In this document: piece after piece, positions 1-11,114 of the stretch
Layout of the letters: every line of letters starts with the position of its first letter
Position numbering within the stretch: position 1 is the stretch's first letter
DNA from: Cyanophora paradoxa CCMP329
Taxonomy: Eukaryota > Plantae > Glaucophyta
Length of the DNA: 64,000 bases
Assembly (NCBI GenBank): GCA_004431415.1
Contig: QPMI01000427.1
Span: 116,030 to 180,029, forward strand
Direction of reading: 5' to 3'
Program-made: the position numbers and the translations under genes
The notes under the pieces: generated by a model
What the model was told of the DNA's origin: nothing
The model's database searches: none
The model's input: the letters and a program-made list of their open reading frames with translations, nothing else

Positions 1-248
1 CCGCGCCCTACCTAGCAACGGAAAAAGCGAGGGGGGGTAGGCCCTGGATCCAAGCATCCAGACCGATTAATTTCCAGAACCGACCTGCGGCCGTGAGTTT
101 CCGGGTCCCCTCCCCCGATTAATTCTTATCGCTAGACCGTATCGTTGGGTTAAAGTTGAAAAATTCGGAAAATAGCCCGGCACCTGCCGGTGCTCCAGGC
201 CAGTTAATCGCGATCGTGGCTTCCGAAGTTCCGGGAGAGGCGGGCGGG

Positions 249-397
249 CCGCGAAGCTGCAACTAACGCGAAGCCGAAAAGAAAGTGGGGGTACTGTGGG
301 CGGCCGTGCGCAGGCTGTACCCCGGAGGTAAGGGCGCGGCCCCGGCAGCGCGCTCCGGCGGAGAGAAACTGATCACGCCTTGCAGCGTAATCTATTA
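249..397 (-). repeat. Split direct repeat A2 of the YR retrotransposon
   Basis: ccgcgaagctgcaactaacg...gcagcgtaatctatta, identical to 9138-9286. Confidence 0.95.
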
Positions 398-1506
398 TCT
401 CTCCTTCTGCGCGCCAGCTGCCGGGCTCACGCGCCGCCTCCCTTAGGGCACTGCCGTATATCTATCCACGGCCGCGTCGGCCGCCGCGAGCGAGCGCTAA
501 TATTACTTGGCAAACTCCGGCTTGTCATTGCCGAGCGCTGGCTTGCGCCAGCGCTGCCGGGCGCTCACTCGTGCGGCCTCATTGGTTGACACAATAACAT
601 TTGCGCCTATCGCTTTCACTCACGGGATCGACGTCACGGCGCGCGTGCGCGCACGTGCACGATCCACGGGAATGGCGCGGGGGAGAAAAGAGAGGACGAC
701 GCCTCGTGATCAGGCTCAGCATAGGCGAGCCCCCGGGGCGAGTATCTCATCGCCCCGGTGTGCCGCTGCGCGGCCAGGAGGGAAAAGCGACCAGATCTTT
801 TTCCGGCACGGGGCAGGAGGGAAGAAACGGGGTGACCGTTCCCTCACTGCATGTTTCCCGGCCGGGGCTGGTCGGCCCTCCTGGCGCGCACTCAAGAAGC
901 ATACTATACGTCTACAATAATTGAGCAATGATGGATGATAGCCGGAGGTACGCTGTACCGCCCGGCCGGCCAGGCAGGTTACCCGGGCCAGCATCACACC
1001 TCTCGCTGTATACAGATAGACATAAATTGTCTGGCAGACGTATATATATGCCAGGCGGCCAGTCAATAGCACTCTGAATATTAATATGTATGTATATTTA
1101 TGCGTAGTTGGGCACGTATACGTATTTAGTTAGCAGTCGTACGCAATATACGTTTCACTGAGCTCGAGTGCGGCTCGGGCGCGAGATCTTGACCGGCCCA
1201 GTACTCAGTGACTCTAGCGAGTGGCTCTGGGCCTCGTGTGGTTTATCTATCGCAAGATCTACCCAAGTTTACGTATACACCTCAGGCAGCGAGAATTCAA
1301 ATGTGACGTGATCGAGTCGCCGTCAGCCCGGCGGCCAGAGATCTATAGCGCGAGTGCTAGCGCCGGGCACGGGCCCGAGTGCTACGCGAGCACCTATATG
1401 TACACTGCGATCCCGATCACGTGCGTATGTGCATGCTGTACTGTGGCGTACGTGCACATACAGCTGCAGTGGCCCGGTGGCCGTGGCTACGGGCTCGAGC
1501 TCGTGA

Positions 1507-2616
1507 TCACAGGCGCGGGGCGCCGGCGCTGGCGGCGCGGCCGGCGCCGAGAGGTAAGGTCAGCCCGGCGCCGGCCGTCATGTAGGCACTGCCCCGGCCG
1601 GAGAGGACCACTGCGGCATCGACATACTGCTCGGCGGTGGTGCTGCGGTGGGACCAGCCGCCAAGGACACGGAGCTCGCGCGTCGTGGCGCCGCCAAGGG
1701 CTGCCAGGGTGGCACCCGTGCGGCGGAGTGTGTGGGACGTCCAGCTGCCCTGAGCGCCTGAGGCGGCCGCCACCTCCTTAATGAGCCCGTTGATGTAATC
1801 ATACGTCACGGGGAGGCCGTCCGCGCCGCGAAAGAGGAGGTCGGTGGACAACCGGACCGCGGGCGGGAATCGTGCCAGATAGGCCCGGACGGCGGGGGCG
1901 AAGTCCCACAGGCGGCTGCGGGGCTGCCCGGGGGGCCGCGGTGGCGGGTCCAGGACGCGCACGACACGTGCCGGCTTCAAGGCGCCAGGGTTGGTCTTCT
2001 CCCACGGGAAGGAGAAATCGAAACCCGGGGTGCCGATGAGCGCGACGACGTCGCAGTGGCGGAGGTGGAGGACCTGCTCGCTCCGAAGCAGGCAGGCGAT
2101 GCCGATCAATACCATCGCCACGTCGGCTAGGGCCGCTGCCACTGGCTTCGACGCCAGGGCGGGAGACCGCAGCCAGGCATCGAGCATCGACGACTCGAGG
2201 GGGGTAGCCTGCTGCGTCGTCTGCGGGTTCCGCTGCGCGGCCCCACGCAGGAAGAGGCGGGTCGTGGAGGGGGGCGGGGGCTCCAGGCCCCGTGCCGCCA
2301 GCTGCCAACGAATGCCCGAGAGGATCTTGGCAAGGTACGCTGCCTTCTTGCCCTCACTCTCCAGGTGGGCGGCAAAGGCAAGGAGCGAGTCCGACTCAAC
2401 AGGGTCGAGCTCGCCCCCGCAGAAGGCCAGGTACCAGCCCCACCAGACGTCGTACTTGGCACGGGTTGTGCCCTGGATGGAGGCCGCCTGGGTCGCCCGG
2501 GCACTCGCCAGCAGCGAACGGACGCGCTGTGAGGGGGGCGGCCGTGGCGGGGGCGCGCTCAGCTCCGGCCGTGCGGCGTGAGCCGTGCGGGCACCGGCTG
2601 CACCGCCGGCGCCCAC
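1507..2616 (-). CDS. Tyrosine recombinase of the retrotransposon
   Basis: Catalytic motifs CLLRSEQV (R), WEKTN (K), SHTLRRTGAT (HxxR), LGGWSHRS (W), AEQYV (Y); N-terminal core-binding region TRAKYDVWWGWY. Confidence 0.93.
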   Translation of the reverse strand: MGAGGAAGARTAHAARPELSAPPPRPPPSQRVRSLLASARATQAASIQGTTRAKYDVWWGWYLAFCGGELDPVESDSLLAFAAHLESEGKKAAYLAKILSGIRWQLAARGLEPPPPSTTRLFLRGAAQRNPQTTQQATPLESSMLDAWLRSPALASKPVAAALADVAMVLIGIACLLRSEQVLHLRHCDVVALIGTPGFDFSFPWEKTNPGALKPARVVRVLDPPPRPPGQPRSRLWDFAPAVRAYLARFPPAVRLSTDLLFRGADGLPVTYDYINGLIKEVAAASGAQGSWTSHTLRRTGATLAALGGATTRELRVLGGWSHRSTTAEQYVDAAVVLSGRGSAYMTAGAGLTLPLGAGRAASAGAPRL

Positions 2617-5600
2617 GGGTCGAGCTCGAGGCTGCGGGACGGGAGCGCTGCTGGCTGGCGCCCCAGTTGGGGCAGCAACTGCGCCAACGGTGGAGCCTGG
2701 GTCCGCACGCCCGGCGCTGGCAGTCCCAGGGTTGCGTCCTGGGCTGGCGATGGTCCGGAGACCGGTCGGCGGCGGCGATGGCGCGGGCGCCGGGAGGGCT
2801 GCGTGGTAGTAGCTGCCGGGGCCGTAGGGCCAGTAGCCGCCGACGGGGATGGGTGGGGGGGCGAAGTGCGGGGCGAAGAAGCGCCCTGCGGCCGGCCCAG
2901 CACCCAGTCAGCGTCGCTCGCGACGCAGAGGTACAGGGGCCACGGGGAGGCTCCTAGCCCGACCCCACCGGCCCCCCCGGTGCCCTCCGCAAAGAACAAG
3001 TCCCGCGGAAGGCGCCACTCTGCAGGGAGCGCCTGCAGGAACCAGCCTCGCTGGGACGCTGCAAGCTGCAGCGCCAGCCAGGAGGACGTGCCGGGCAGGT
3101 ACGGGACCAACCAGGCAGAGCCGCTGCCATGCGTGCAGAGCCAGGCGAGGAACTCGGAGCGCAGCCGTGCATCGACGGTGTACAGCGCAGGGGTGCGTGC
3201 GGATCCGTCAAACGGGGCGTCGTGCCGCGATGCCACGTGTACGTGCGGCCAGGTGGTCCCACCGCACCAGTGGCGAATGCGCCGCGCGAGGCCCCAGTGC
3301 AGCGTGGGTCGGCGAGTGCGTGAGCCGGCGTCCGCAAGGACGTTGCGTCGGCCGGCGATATGCAGCACATCCAGCGTGACGCCCGCTTGAGCACAAAGGC
3401 CGAAAAGGCGCAACGCGAGGTCCATCATTCCTTCCGACAGGCTTCCGCGAACCGCGGCTGCCACAGCCGAGGAATTATCGCAGCGCACGAGGATGTGCGA
3501 GCCGCGGACGAGGGGAAAGAGCTCGGCGGCGGCAATCACGACGGCCCTCAGTTCGCGCCAGCTGTTATCTTCGCCCCGGATGTCCTCTGGCCACGTGCCA
3601 AAGATCGAGCGGCAGGGGGCGGCGTCCAGCGAATCGGGGGACGCGCAGGGGCGCGCATCGAGCGCCGCGCAGTAACCCAGACCGGACGCATCGGTGAACA
3701 AGCGATACGCCTGTTCGGGTCGCCAAAGGGGCGCCGGGGGGGCAAGCGGCAGGTACTCTGCCAGCCAGCGGATTGCACGGCGGGCCAGAGCATTCAGCGG
3801 GACGACTGCCGCGCTGCCGGACCCAAGGGTCTCCGCCTGAGCGACCGCGTTCGTGAGCGGGCGAGCCACGAGCCGTGCACCCACTACGGCATGCCGGGCT
3901 GCATTCAGCGAGCCTGCAATACTCTGCAGGGTTCGCGCGGGGGCCGACGCCTTGCCCACGAGAGGCACAAGCACGCCGAGGAGCTTATCGAGCTTCTTGG
4001 GTGGGAGGAAGCACTCGCCGCGCCCGACGTCAATGCCGAGACCGAGGTAAATGAGCAGCCGGGTCGGCGCATCGACGTGTCCTTTATCCGAAAAGGTGAG
4101 GCGCAGGAGTGGGGCGAGCCACCGAAGGTGTTCGGACACCAGAAGCGCCTCCTCTAACGAGCGGCAGATGAAGAGGCCGTCGTCGAGGTACGTGCCCAGG
4201 AGGACCTTCAAGGCAGCCCAATACTTGGCGAAAGCCCGCATCACTTTCGTGAACACGTAACACGCGAGCGCGACGCCGAAGGGCAAGGCGTTGTAACGGA
4301 AAACGCGCGTGATGCCATTCAGGAAGGTCCAAGCAAAGACCAGCACGATGGCCGTGATGCGCGCCAGGGCAATGTGGTAATATCCCTTGCGCAGATCGTA
4401 CGCGAGGAGGTACAGATCGAGGCCTCGGAGGCTCCGAATGATGGCTAGGACGTCATCAAGCGTTTGATACCGAAAACGGCGGAGGTGAATGAACTCGTTG
4501 ATGCGCCGGGCATCGAGGCACCGACGGAAGCGATCCGCCCCCTTCTTGGGAACCGCGTGCAGCGCCGAGTAATGCGCGGGCGGCGGCCACATGGGGGGGT
4601 GTATTTCGTCAATCACCCCGATGGACTCGTCCTCGAGGACGTCCCGGTCAATGAATTCGCGTGCACTGGCACCGTCGACCTCAATGAAACACGAGGGGCG
4701 GTTGCGCTCGCAGAAAGGGGGAATGTCCTCCGGTGTTGCCGCGTTGGCTGGGTCCCAACGGGCGGTTGCCGGGGTGCCGGGGCGGAGCAGCGGAATTTTG
4801 AAGCCTTGTTCCAGCCAAAGCATCACGCGTGCCGGCACCTCGATGCCTGCTGCCCGGAAGCGGCGGCGCCACTCGGGGGCCGCCTCGCGCAGCTGCCCCG
4901 CCCTAAACGCGGCTTTGTGACGTGCAAAATCGTATGGGGGCTGGGGCCCATGTGCCTTAACAAGTGTCCGCAGGCGATCTAGCTCCGGGCCCCCGTCTGT
5001 CGGTGCACGCGGGCAGCGCTGTGGGGCTGCATGAGGGGAGAGGCTGATGAGGTCTACAAGGGGGAAACAATACTGCAGCTCGACGGCCCTGCCCGCCTCT
5101 AAGCGAGACAGCAGGAAAGTCGGCGGCGCGAGGCGAGGGCGTGTCGCCGGGGGTAGTGACAAGCCCGGCCGTCGGGACCGCGGGGCCAAGGCAGGGGAAA
5201 TGCTAGAACTACTCGTAGTAGCTCTGGCCTCCGTAATCCTGCTGGCCGCCGCCGTACCCGTGCACGTGGCCGCCCCGCTGGGCATGGCCCCCGTGGCCGG
5301 CGCCACCCTGGCCACCTCCCCGACCGCGCCCCCCTCGGCCTCCGCCGCCGCCGCCACGGCCGCCGTACTGCCCCGGGGCAGAGCCCTGCTGGGGGCCGAA
5401 GTACGGGGCCGGGGGGGGCGGTGCGAAGGGCTGGGCGAACGAGAACGGCTGCGGCGGCGGGCCGAGCATGGGGGCGAACTGTTGGGGGCCACCGAGGGGG
5501 ACGAACTGCTGCCGGAGCTGGCCCTGGCTGAAGAGTGCCTGGGAGACCACCCGCTCAATGGCGGCGGTAGTGGCAGCACCGACACCCCGCTGGCGCTGGC

Positions 5601-8573
5601 GCTTGGTGGGGAACGGGAACTGGTCCTCCTGCCCCGGCGCCGGTCTTGGGACGGTGGCAGGGGGGGCCGACTCGGGGGCCGTGGCGGAGGCCACGCCTGT
5701 GGAGCCGCCGGCCGCTGCCAGCACGCGCTTGTACTCGCCCCCCAGGGTGCCTGCCATGCGGGGGCCGGGGTTGGTTCACGCGGCCAGAGGGGGGGGGGCG
5801 TGCGTCCGCTATAGCTAGCTATAGCGTGCTCGCCCGCAGGGCGGAGTTGCCTACCCCACTCCTCCGGCGCCGCGCCAGGGGCGTGCGGTTTGAACTCGAG
5901 GTTCAGCGTGGTTGTGCCAGCGGTCGCCATGGCGCCCTCAACCCTCACGGCATCCTTGCTCGCAAGGAACTCCATGGATGCGGCGGCCAGGGGGCCATTG
6001 GTGGCGCCGTCCTTCGTGAGGTATACGAAATCGTGCATTGCCGGTGCGGGGCGCATCACGGCCGTGAGGACACGGCTGAAGCTTGCCGCCGCGCCGATCA
6101 TGCCGGCGGTGTTCGAGGCGGGGAAGCAGGTGCCCTTTTTGGTGTTCGCCGCTGTGGCGTCGGTCACCAGGGCCTTCATGCCGGACGTGGCATCAATCTC
6201 AATCGGGCGGCGCTGCAGCTCCGCGGCCCGCGAGTGCGTGGCCGCGAGATGATAGCACTGCTGTGCCTGGCTCAACGTGACGTGCTGAATCAGCTGCGTC
6301 CGGAAATCCTCCAGGTGCGCCCGCGTAACAAACTCTGGCGGCGCCGGCTGGGCAGGCCGCTCCTGCTGATCGTGCCGCAGGAGCTGAATGCCGGGCTCGT
6401 GGCGGGCCTCGCGCTCGCGCAGGGCGACATCGGCAGCCGCCAGCACGTCCAGCCCCTTGGCCAGCAGCAGCTCAGCGCTGGCCAACGCTCCGTTGGACAA
6501 GTCGAACGCGACTGAGTGGCCGATGAACGAGCCGTAGATCTGAGCCTGGCGGGCCAGATCGATCCGCTCCTCCGCCGAAGCGTCGGTCAGCTGGCTGAAA
6601 TCGCCGAGGAGGCCGTTGCAGGCGGCCCGATCGAGATAGATCGAACCTGCCTTGAGCTGCGGCACGGTGCCGCTGCCCTGAAGGCCGAAACCGGAGCCAG
6701 CGAGGAAGTGACGCGGACCGCCCATGCGCCATGGCTGGCGCTTGATGTTCTCATGAACACCACCATGTGCCGCGCCGATGAGCTTGGCGAAAGCGGGGTC
6801 CGTCTTCGCCGCAGCGTAGAGCTCGTGCTGCTGCGCCTGGGCGTGCCCCGCGGCGGGGGCCGCCGCTGGGCCGCCGGCGCCGCCCGCACCCTCAAACTCA
6901 TCGACCTCGTACATGTCCTCATCCGAGGGAGGCGGAGCCTGAACGGGCGAGGGTGGGCGGTCGGCCGAGGCGCGGGCTAACCGCGGTAAGCCAGGCGGGT
7001 GTGGCAAGCGTACCCCGGGGCCCTGGCTGGGGAAGATGGGGGGGTCCCGCCGGAACTGCAGGGGGGCCTGCCCCGTGGGATCTGGCTGAGAAATCGTCAT
7101 TGGCGCTGTCGCGACCGGTGGCGGTCGCTTGACATGGGCCACCGGGCCTACCTGCATGCGAGCACGCATCGCGGCCGCCGAGGCCCGAGCCTCTCGCATC
7201 GCGTTGCCGAGGCCACTCTCGACTGCACCGAGTCGAGGCTCCGGCTGCGGAAGCGGCGATGGGGCCTCAGCTGTCTGCCCCAGGGGAGGGGCGCAGCGGG
7301 GAATGCCTACCCCGCGAACCAGCCTGGTGCCGGAGCTGGCACCAGTGGCCCGGGCCGCGAAGCTAGAGCGGCCGAGGCCGGGCGCCGCAAGGCCCCCTGG
7401 GCCCGGGGCCAGCCGTGCCGAAGCGGCTCCGGAAATCGAGGGTCGGATGCGCGGGGCCATCCGCATCGGCGGCACCTGCTGCTGCTGCATATGCTGCTGC
7501 AGCTGCAACTGCTCCTGCGGGCCCTCGGCGCCCTGGCCGGAGCCAGTGCCCGAGCTAGCCGCCCGGGGGAAAGACGCCGGCGCCGCCTCGTGCAGCTCCT
7601 CGCCCAGAATCGCGGCCGCACGTGAAACCTCGAAGAGCAGGGTCATGTCGCCCCGCACCCCTCCGCTCACATCCGAATAGCTGCCGTTGGCCGCCATCAG
7701 AGCCGACGGAGAGAAAGCCAGCATATCCGCCGGCGTCACCACGCGGCCGCGGGCGAGTGTCTCCCGCGCAGCAAGGCCGAGGGGGGTCGTCGCGAAAGCG
7801 TAGAGGCTCTCCAGGGCGAGCTGGATATTGGCGTCGCTCAGACGCTCGCTGGCGAGCTGCTGGGCGCCGACGCCGGCGGCGTTCTGCGCGGCCCCGATGA
7901 GGAGCTCGAGAAACGCGCTCTCCACCGTCGTGTAATGCGGGGGCAGAATCTGCCACAGGTCGAAGAGAGACCGGACCCCGGCTGGGCGGGACTCCGCTGG
8001 CAGGAGTGCCAGGCCGAACCACTGTGTAACGCCCCGTAGGACGTTCACGACCGCCGTCGACGTCGGCTCGTCCCTGGCGACGTCCGCCAGCTGGGCGAGC
8101 CGGTGCACGGTCTGCTGCTGGCCGGGACCGCCGGCCGCCGGCGCCGGGCCGACTAGCACGCGGTAGTCCGTGCCGCAGGGGCTCAGCTCGCCGAACTCGA
8201 ACTCGAACGTAATCTGCTCCGCGCCGTGCCGGAGCGTGCCGGCGCGCGCGCCGGTCTTCCATGTGTACGTGTGGACGGCGCCGGCCTCACTGCAGCCGAC
8301 GAGCACGCAGTCAACGCCCTCGGGCAGCTTGCTCAGTGCGTTGGGCTCTTCATCGGCGCGCAGGCCGGTCGCGATCTGGCGAGGGCGGGCCGTCGCGTTC
8401 GCTCTTGAAAAAGGTTGCAAAACGAATAGAAGCACCTGATACAGGAGCTTGGCCGATACCGGCAGCTCAGGGTTCTCGGCTGTAACAGTGCCAAGTTCCT
8501 CTCTACGGTTCTCGCCGAACCACGCGACGACGTCGCCCTCTGCGACCGGCCAGAACAGTAAGGATCCTGTCAT
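2559..8573 (-). CDS. Gag-like + reverse transcriptase + RNase H (+ degenerate methyltransferase-like tail) polyprotein ORF
   Basis: RT: AVPKKGADRFRRCLDAR, YDLRKGYYHI, LPFGV, YLDDG; RNase H: FTDAS, WRELRAV, RCDNSSAV, HIAGRRNVLADAGSR. Gag and Pol may really be two overlapping ORFs. Confidence 0.9.
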   Translation of the reverse strand: MTGSLLFWPVAEGDVVAWFGENRREELGTVTAENPELPVSAKLLYQVLLFVLQPFSRANATARPRQIATGLRADEEPNALSKLPEGVDCVLVGCSEAGAVHTYTWKTGARAGTLRHGAEQITFEFEFGELSPCGTDYRVLVGPAPAAGGPGQQQTVHRLAQLADVARDEPTSTAVVNVLRGVTQWFGLALLPAESRPAGVRSLFDLWQILPPHYTTVESAFLELLIGAAQNAAGVGAQQLASERLSDANIQLALESLYAFATTPLGLAARETLARGRVVTPADMLAFSPSALMAANGSYSDVSGGVRGDMTLLFEVSRAAAILGEELHEAAPASFPRAASSGTGSGQGAEGPQEQLQLQQHMQQQQVPPMRMAPRIRPSISGAASARLAPGPGGLAAPGLGRSSFAARATGASSGTRLVRGVGIPRCAPPLGQTAEAPSPLPQPEPRLGAVESGLGNAMREARASAAAMRARMQVGPVAHVKRPPPVATAPMTISQPDPTGQAPLQFRRDPPIFPSQGPGVRLPHPPGLPRLARASADRPPSPVQAPPPSDEDMYEVDEFEGAGGAGGPAAAPAAGHAQAQQHELYAAAKTDPAFAKLIGAAHGGVHENIKRQPWRMGGPRHFLAGSGFGLQGSGTVPQLKAGSIYLDRAACNGLLGDFSQLTDASAEERIDLARQAQIYGSFIGHSVAFDLSNGALASAELLLAKGLDVLAAADVALREREARHEPGIQLLRHDQQERPAQPAPPEFVTRAHLEDFRTQLIQHVTLSQAQQCYHLAATHSRAAELQRRPIEIDATSGMKALVTDATAANTKKGTCFPASNTAGMIGAAASFSRVLTAVMRPAPAMHDFVYLTKDGATNGPLAAASMEFLASKDAVRVEGAMATAGTTTLNLEFKPHAPGAAPEEWGRQLRPAGEHAIASYSGRTPPPLWPREPTPAPAWQAPWGASTSACWQRPAAPQAWPPPRPPSRPPLPPSQDRRRGRRTSSRSPPSASASGVSVLPLPPPLSGWSPRHSSARASSGSSSSPSVAPNSSPPCSARRRSRSRSPSPSHRPPRPRTSAPSRALPRGSTAAVAAAAEAEGGAVGEVARVAPATGAMPSGAATCTGTAAASRITEARATTSSSSISPALAPRSRRPGLSLPPATRPRLAPPTFLLSRLEAGRAVELQYCFPLVDLISLSPHAAPQRCPRAPTDGGPELDRLRTLVKAHGPQPPYDFARHKAAFRAGQLREAAPEWRRRFRAAGIEVPARVMLWLEQGFKIPLLRPGTPATARWDPANAATPEDIPPFCERNRPSCFIEVDGASAREFIDRDVLEDESIGVIDEIHPPMWPPPAHYSALHAVPKKGADRFRRCLDARRINEFIHLRRFRYQTLDDVLAIIRSLRGLDLYLLAYDLRKGYYHIALARITAIVLVFAWTFLNGITRVFRYNALPFGVALACYVFTKVMRAFAKYWAALKVLLGTYLDDGLFICRSLEEALLVSEHLRWLAPLLRLTFSDKGHVDAPTRLLIYLGLGIDVGRGECFLPPKKLDKLLGVLVPLVGKASAPARTLQSIAGSLNAARHAVVGARLVARPLTNAVAQAETLGSGSAAVVPLNALARRAIRWLAEYLPLAPPAPLWRPEQAYRLFTDASGLGYCAALDARPCASPDSLDAAPCRSIFGTWPEDIRGEDNSWRELRAVVIAAAELFPLVRGSHILVRCDNSSAVAAAVRGSLSEGMMDLALRLFGLCAQAGVTLDVLHIAGRRNVLADAGSRTRRPTLHWGLARRIRHWCGGTTWPHVHVASRHDAPFDGSARTPALYTVDARLRSEFLAWLCTHGSGSAWLVPYLPGTSSWLALQLAASQRGWFLQALPAEWRLPRDLFFAEGTGGAGGVGLGASPWPLYLCVASDADWVLGRPQGASSPRTSPPHPSPSAATGPTAPAATTTQPSRRPRHRRRRPVSGPSPAQDATLGLPAPGVRTQAPPLAQLLPQLGRQPAALPSRSLELDPWAPAVQPVPARLTPHGRS
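5209..5757 (-). CDS. Probable true Gag C-terminus (Gln/Pro- and RGG-rich) in an alternative frame overlapping the pol start
   Basis: Protein-like sequence ending GGRGGGGGGRGGRGRGGG...GGQSYYE*, whereas the long ORF reads as S/P/R-rich off-frame-like sequence over the same interval. Confidence 0.55.
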   Translation of the reverse strand: MAGTLGGEYKRVLAAAGGSTGVASATAPESAPPATVPRPAPGQEDQFPFPTKRQRQRGVGAATTAAIERVVSQALFSQGQLRQQFVPLGGPQQFAPMLGPPPQPFSFAQPFAPPPPAPYFGPQQGSAPGQYGGRGGGGGGRGGRGRGGGQGGAGHGGHAQRGGHVHGYGGGQQDYGGQSYYE

Positions 8574-9137
8574 ATGCGTGAGGATGTATGTGCGTGCAGC
8601 TCGTCTTGCTCTAGCCCACGTGAGCTACTACTCCGGAAGTGCGGCGCCGGGCACAGCCACGCGGCGGGGCGCCGAGCGAGCTCAGGCGTGCGAGTGTGGG
8701 ATGCTACGTGCCACACGATAATGTACTACGAGATTCAGACAAGACCACTACGGAGAGCTACCTGTGTACGCTAACTACGCCGGGCACCAGCCACGCGGCG
8801 AGCGCCGAGTATTCTCAGGCGCTGTGACTCTAATGTGGTATGGGAGCTACCTATGAAGCTATGAAGAAGGTTTATGGGAAGGGATGGTTGCCTAACTAGG
8901 CGCCTATGGAACGCTTGTACGGAAAGGCTGCAGCTGGCTGGCGCTAACTAGCTGCGCCAGTCAGCAGTGCGCGGCGCTGAGCGCAGGCGAGGCGCGGGAG
9001 CTGGATTGCCAAAGGCGGCCCCGCGCGCCCCCAACCGCACGCTCTTGCGATCACGCACCGTCGACAGGCCAGTGGAACGCCATTCGTTCACCCGACTCCC
9101 ACTAGCTACGTCTGTGATGCTGGCGATGGCTGCAGCT

Positions 9138-9286
9138 CCGCGAAGCTGCAACTAACGCGAAGCCGAAAAGAAAGTGGGGGTACTGTGGGCGGCCGTGCGC
9201 AGGCTGTACCCCGGAGGTAAGGGCGCGGCCCCGGCAGCGCGCTCCGGCGGAGAGAAACTGATCACGCCTTGCAGCGTAATCTATTA
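9138..9286 (-). repeat. Split direct repeat A1 (5' end of the YR retrotransposon)
   Basis: Identical to 249-397; flanked directly by unrelated MITE sequence from 9287. Confidence 0.95.
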
Positions 9287-10002
9287 GCATTAATTTGGGG
9301 GCGCATTAATATCGAAGCGCTAAGCCGGTAGGGCTCCGGCCCGGGTCCTAAAACCGGGACCCGCGACCCGCGGGTCGGGTCGACCCCCTGACCCGTGACC
9401 CACGGGTCCGACCCGGGTCGCTGGGGGGGGTACCGGTTGCGCCGAAAAACCGCTACAAAAACACGTGTTCGCTTCCGACTGAGACATTTCTGTCAGCGGC
9501 GCCCCGAACTCGGTCGGCAGCCAGTTGAGCGGCGCGGTCTTAGTCTTGTGGTTGCTCGGTAAGCTCCATAGCTATCGTGTGCATCATCCTCGTCGGCCCC
9601 CGTACTTTCTCTGGCGCAGCTCCGGTCGACGGCGTTTTGTGTGCCAGGTGCGACGCAGCCTTCGTCCTCCTGAATCACTGGATTGATGTGAGGGCTATAG
9701 CTAATGGCGTGCGCTCTTCGCCTCCCGCTGCGCGTTCCCGTGCAGGTCGACGCGTACGTCGCGCAGCGGCCGCGCCGCTGATCATGATCGGACCGCTAGG
9801 GCGGCTAGAACATGCATGCAACGTTGGAGCATTGCCGCAGGATGCTCTTCCATGTGTCCAGCGAAGGGCGGCTCTCCATTGCCGGCCGCCGAGCGAAGGT
9901 GCGGCGCCGGTGGCCGCGCCCCGCGGGAGTCTTGCCACGTGCGCCCTCCCTGTTGACTCTACGCTCTTTGTAGCCACACTACGCTCCCGCGGCGCACCGC
10001 GG

Positions 10003-10372
10003 GCGGCGAGCGCGCCTCCTCGAAGCGCGCCGCGTTGTAACCGAGGCCAGGCTGGACTAGTACTACGGCTGAGCCAAGGTGCGGCGGCCGCGGGGCGGGG
10101 GCGCGGGCGCCGCGCGCGCTTCCGCGCGCTTTGAGCTGATGTATTCTCCCTCGCAGCGGGCGCTGGCGGCCCGACGCGCCGCGAGCGGCGAGCGCGCCTC
10201 GTCGTAACCGAGACCAGGCTGTACTGCGGCCGAGCCAAGGTGCGGCGGCCGCGGGGCGGGGGCGGGGGCGCCGCGCGTGCTGCCGCGCACTTCAGGCCGA
10301 TGTAATCTCCTTCGCAGGGGGCGCTCGCGGCCCGACGCGCCGCGGGCGGTGAATGCGCCTCGCCGTAGCCAG
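10003..10372. repeat. Diverged tandem duplication (~170-bp unit) inside the hAT element
   Basis: gtaaccgag(g/a)ccaggctg...gagccaaggtgcggcggccgcggggcggggg...gatgta(t/a)tctcc...gcggcccgacgcgccgcg occurs twice. Confidence 0.85.
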
Positions 10373-11114
10373 ATGCCCCCTCCACGCACCTCCCCCCCCA
10401 TGCCGCCGCCGAGTTGTTTCTGTCTGTTTTGAGCCGTGCATGTGTAACGATGAACACATTATTAAAGCTCGCTTGAATTACTTTCCAAAGATGTGTAGCT
10501 GTCGGGGCTCGCCAGACGCGGAGCACTGCCGATTCCAGCCCGCCAGAGAGCCTGGCTGGTTCCAGAGAGTGAATGAGTGAATCGGCAATCAGGGCGTTGC
10601 GGGAGGGCCCTTAAACGCTATAATATATCGTATAATATCTATTCAAACGCATCTATAACGCTATCCTAAGAGCGCGGGCTGCCTGAATAAAGTGGCAGAA
10701 AAGTACGGCTTCTAGAGATCGCCAGAAGGCTAGACTACGTCATACAGTTGGTCTAGTCACTTTGGGCTGGACGGAGGGGAGTTTCGGACCATTTTATTCC
10801 CAGCGCTTCAGCATCGCCCCTGCAGCATATACTAACGCAATAAAATGTAATATAAGCTTAAATAGAACCTATCTAGTTCTTTTGGGGGGCCGGCTGCCGA
10901 CTAACAGTGACTTTGCATCTGCAGCTTCATGATCATGATCATCTGCAGCCCGCGGCCCGCCCCGAGTACGTTCCTTCCACATCCCGACACGGTCACTCCG
11001 CCCCATTCAGCTGTATATCGCTTGCGCTTGCTCTTACTCATGATCATATTTACTTGCTAGCTGCTGGCGCCGAGGGCGGGGGGAGTGACTAAGTCAACGG
11101 GGGAGGAGAGGAGG

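Larger units (their letters stand above)
1..9286 (-). mobile_element. Tyrosine-recombinase (DIRS-order) retrotransposon, Ngaro/PAT type with split direct repeats; 3' end lies outside the window
   Basis: Gag-like/RT/RNase H ORF followed by an overlapping YR ORF on the minus strand; identical 149-bp direct repeat at 9138-9286 (A1) and 249-397 (A2); YR has an R-H-R-Y tetrad. Confidence 0.92.
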
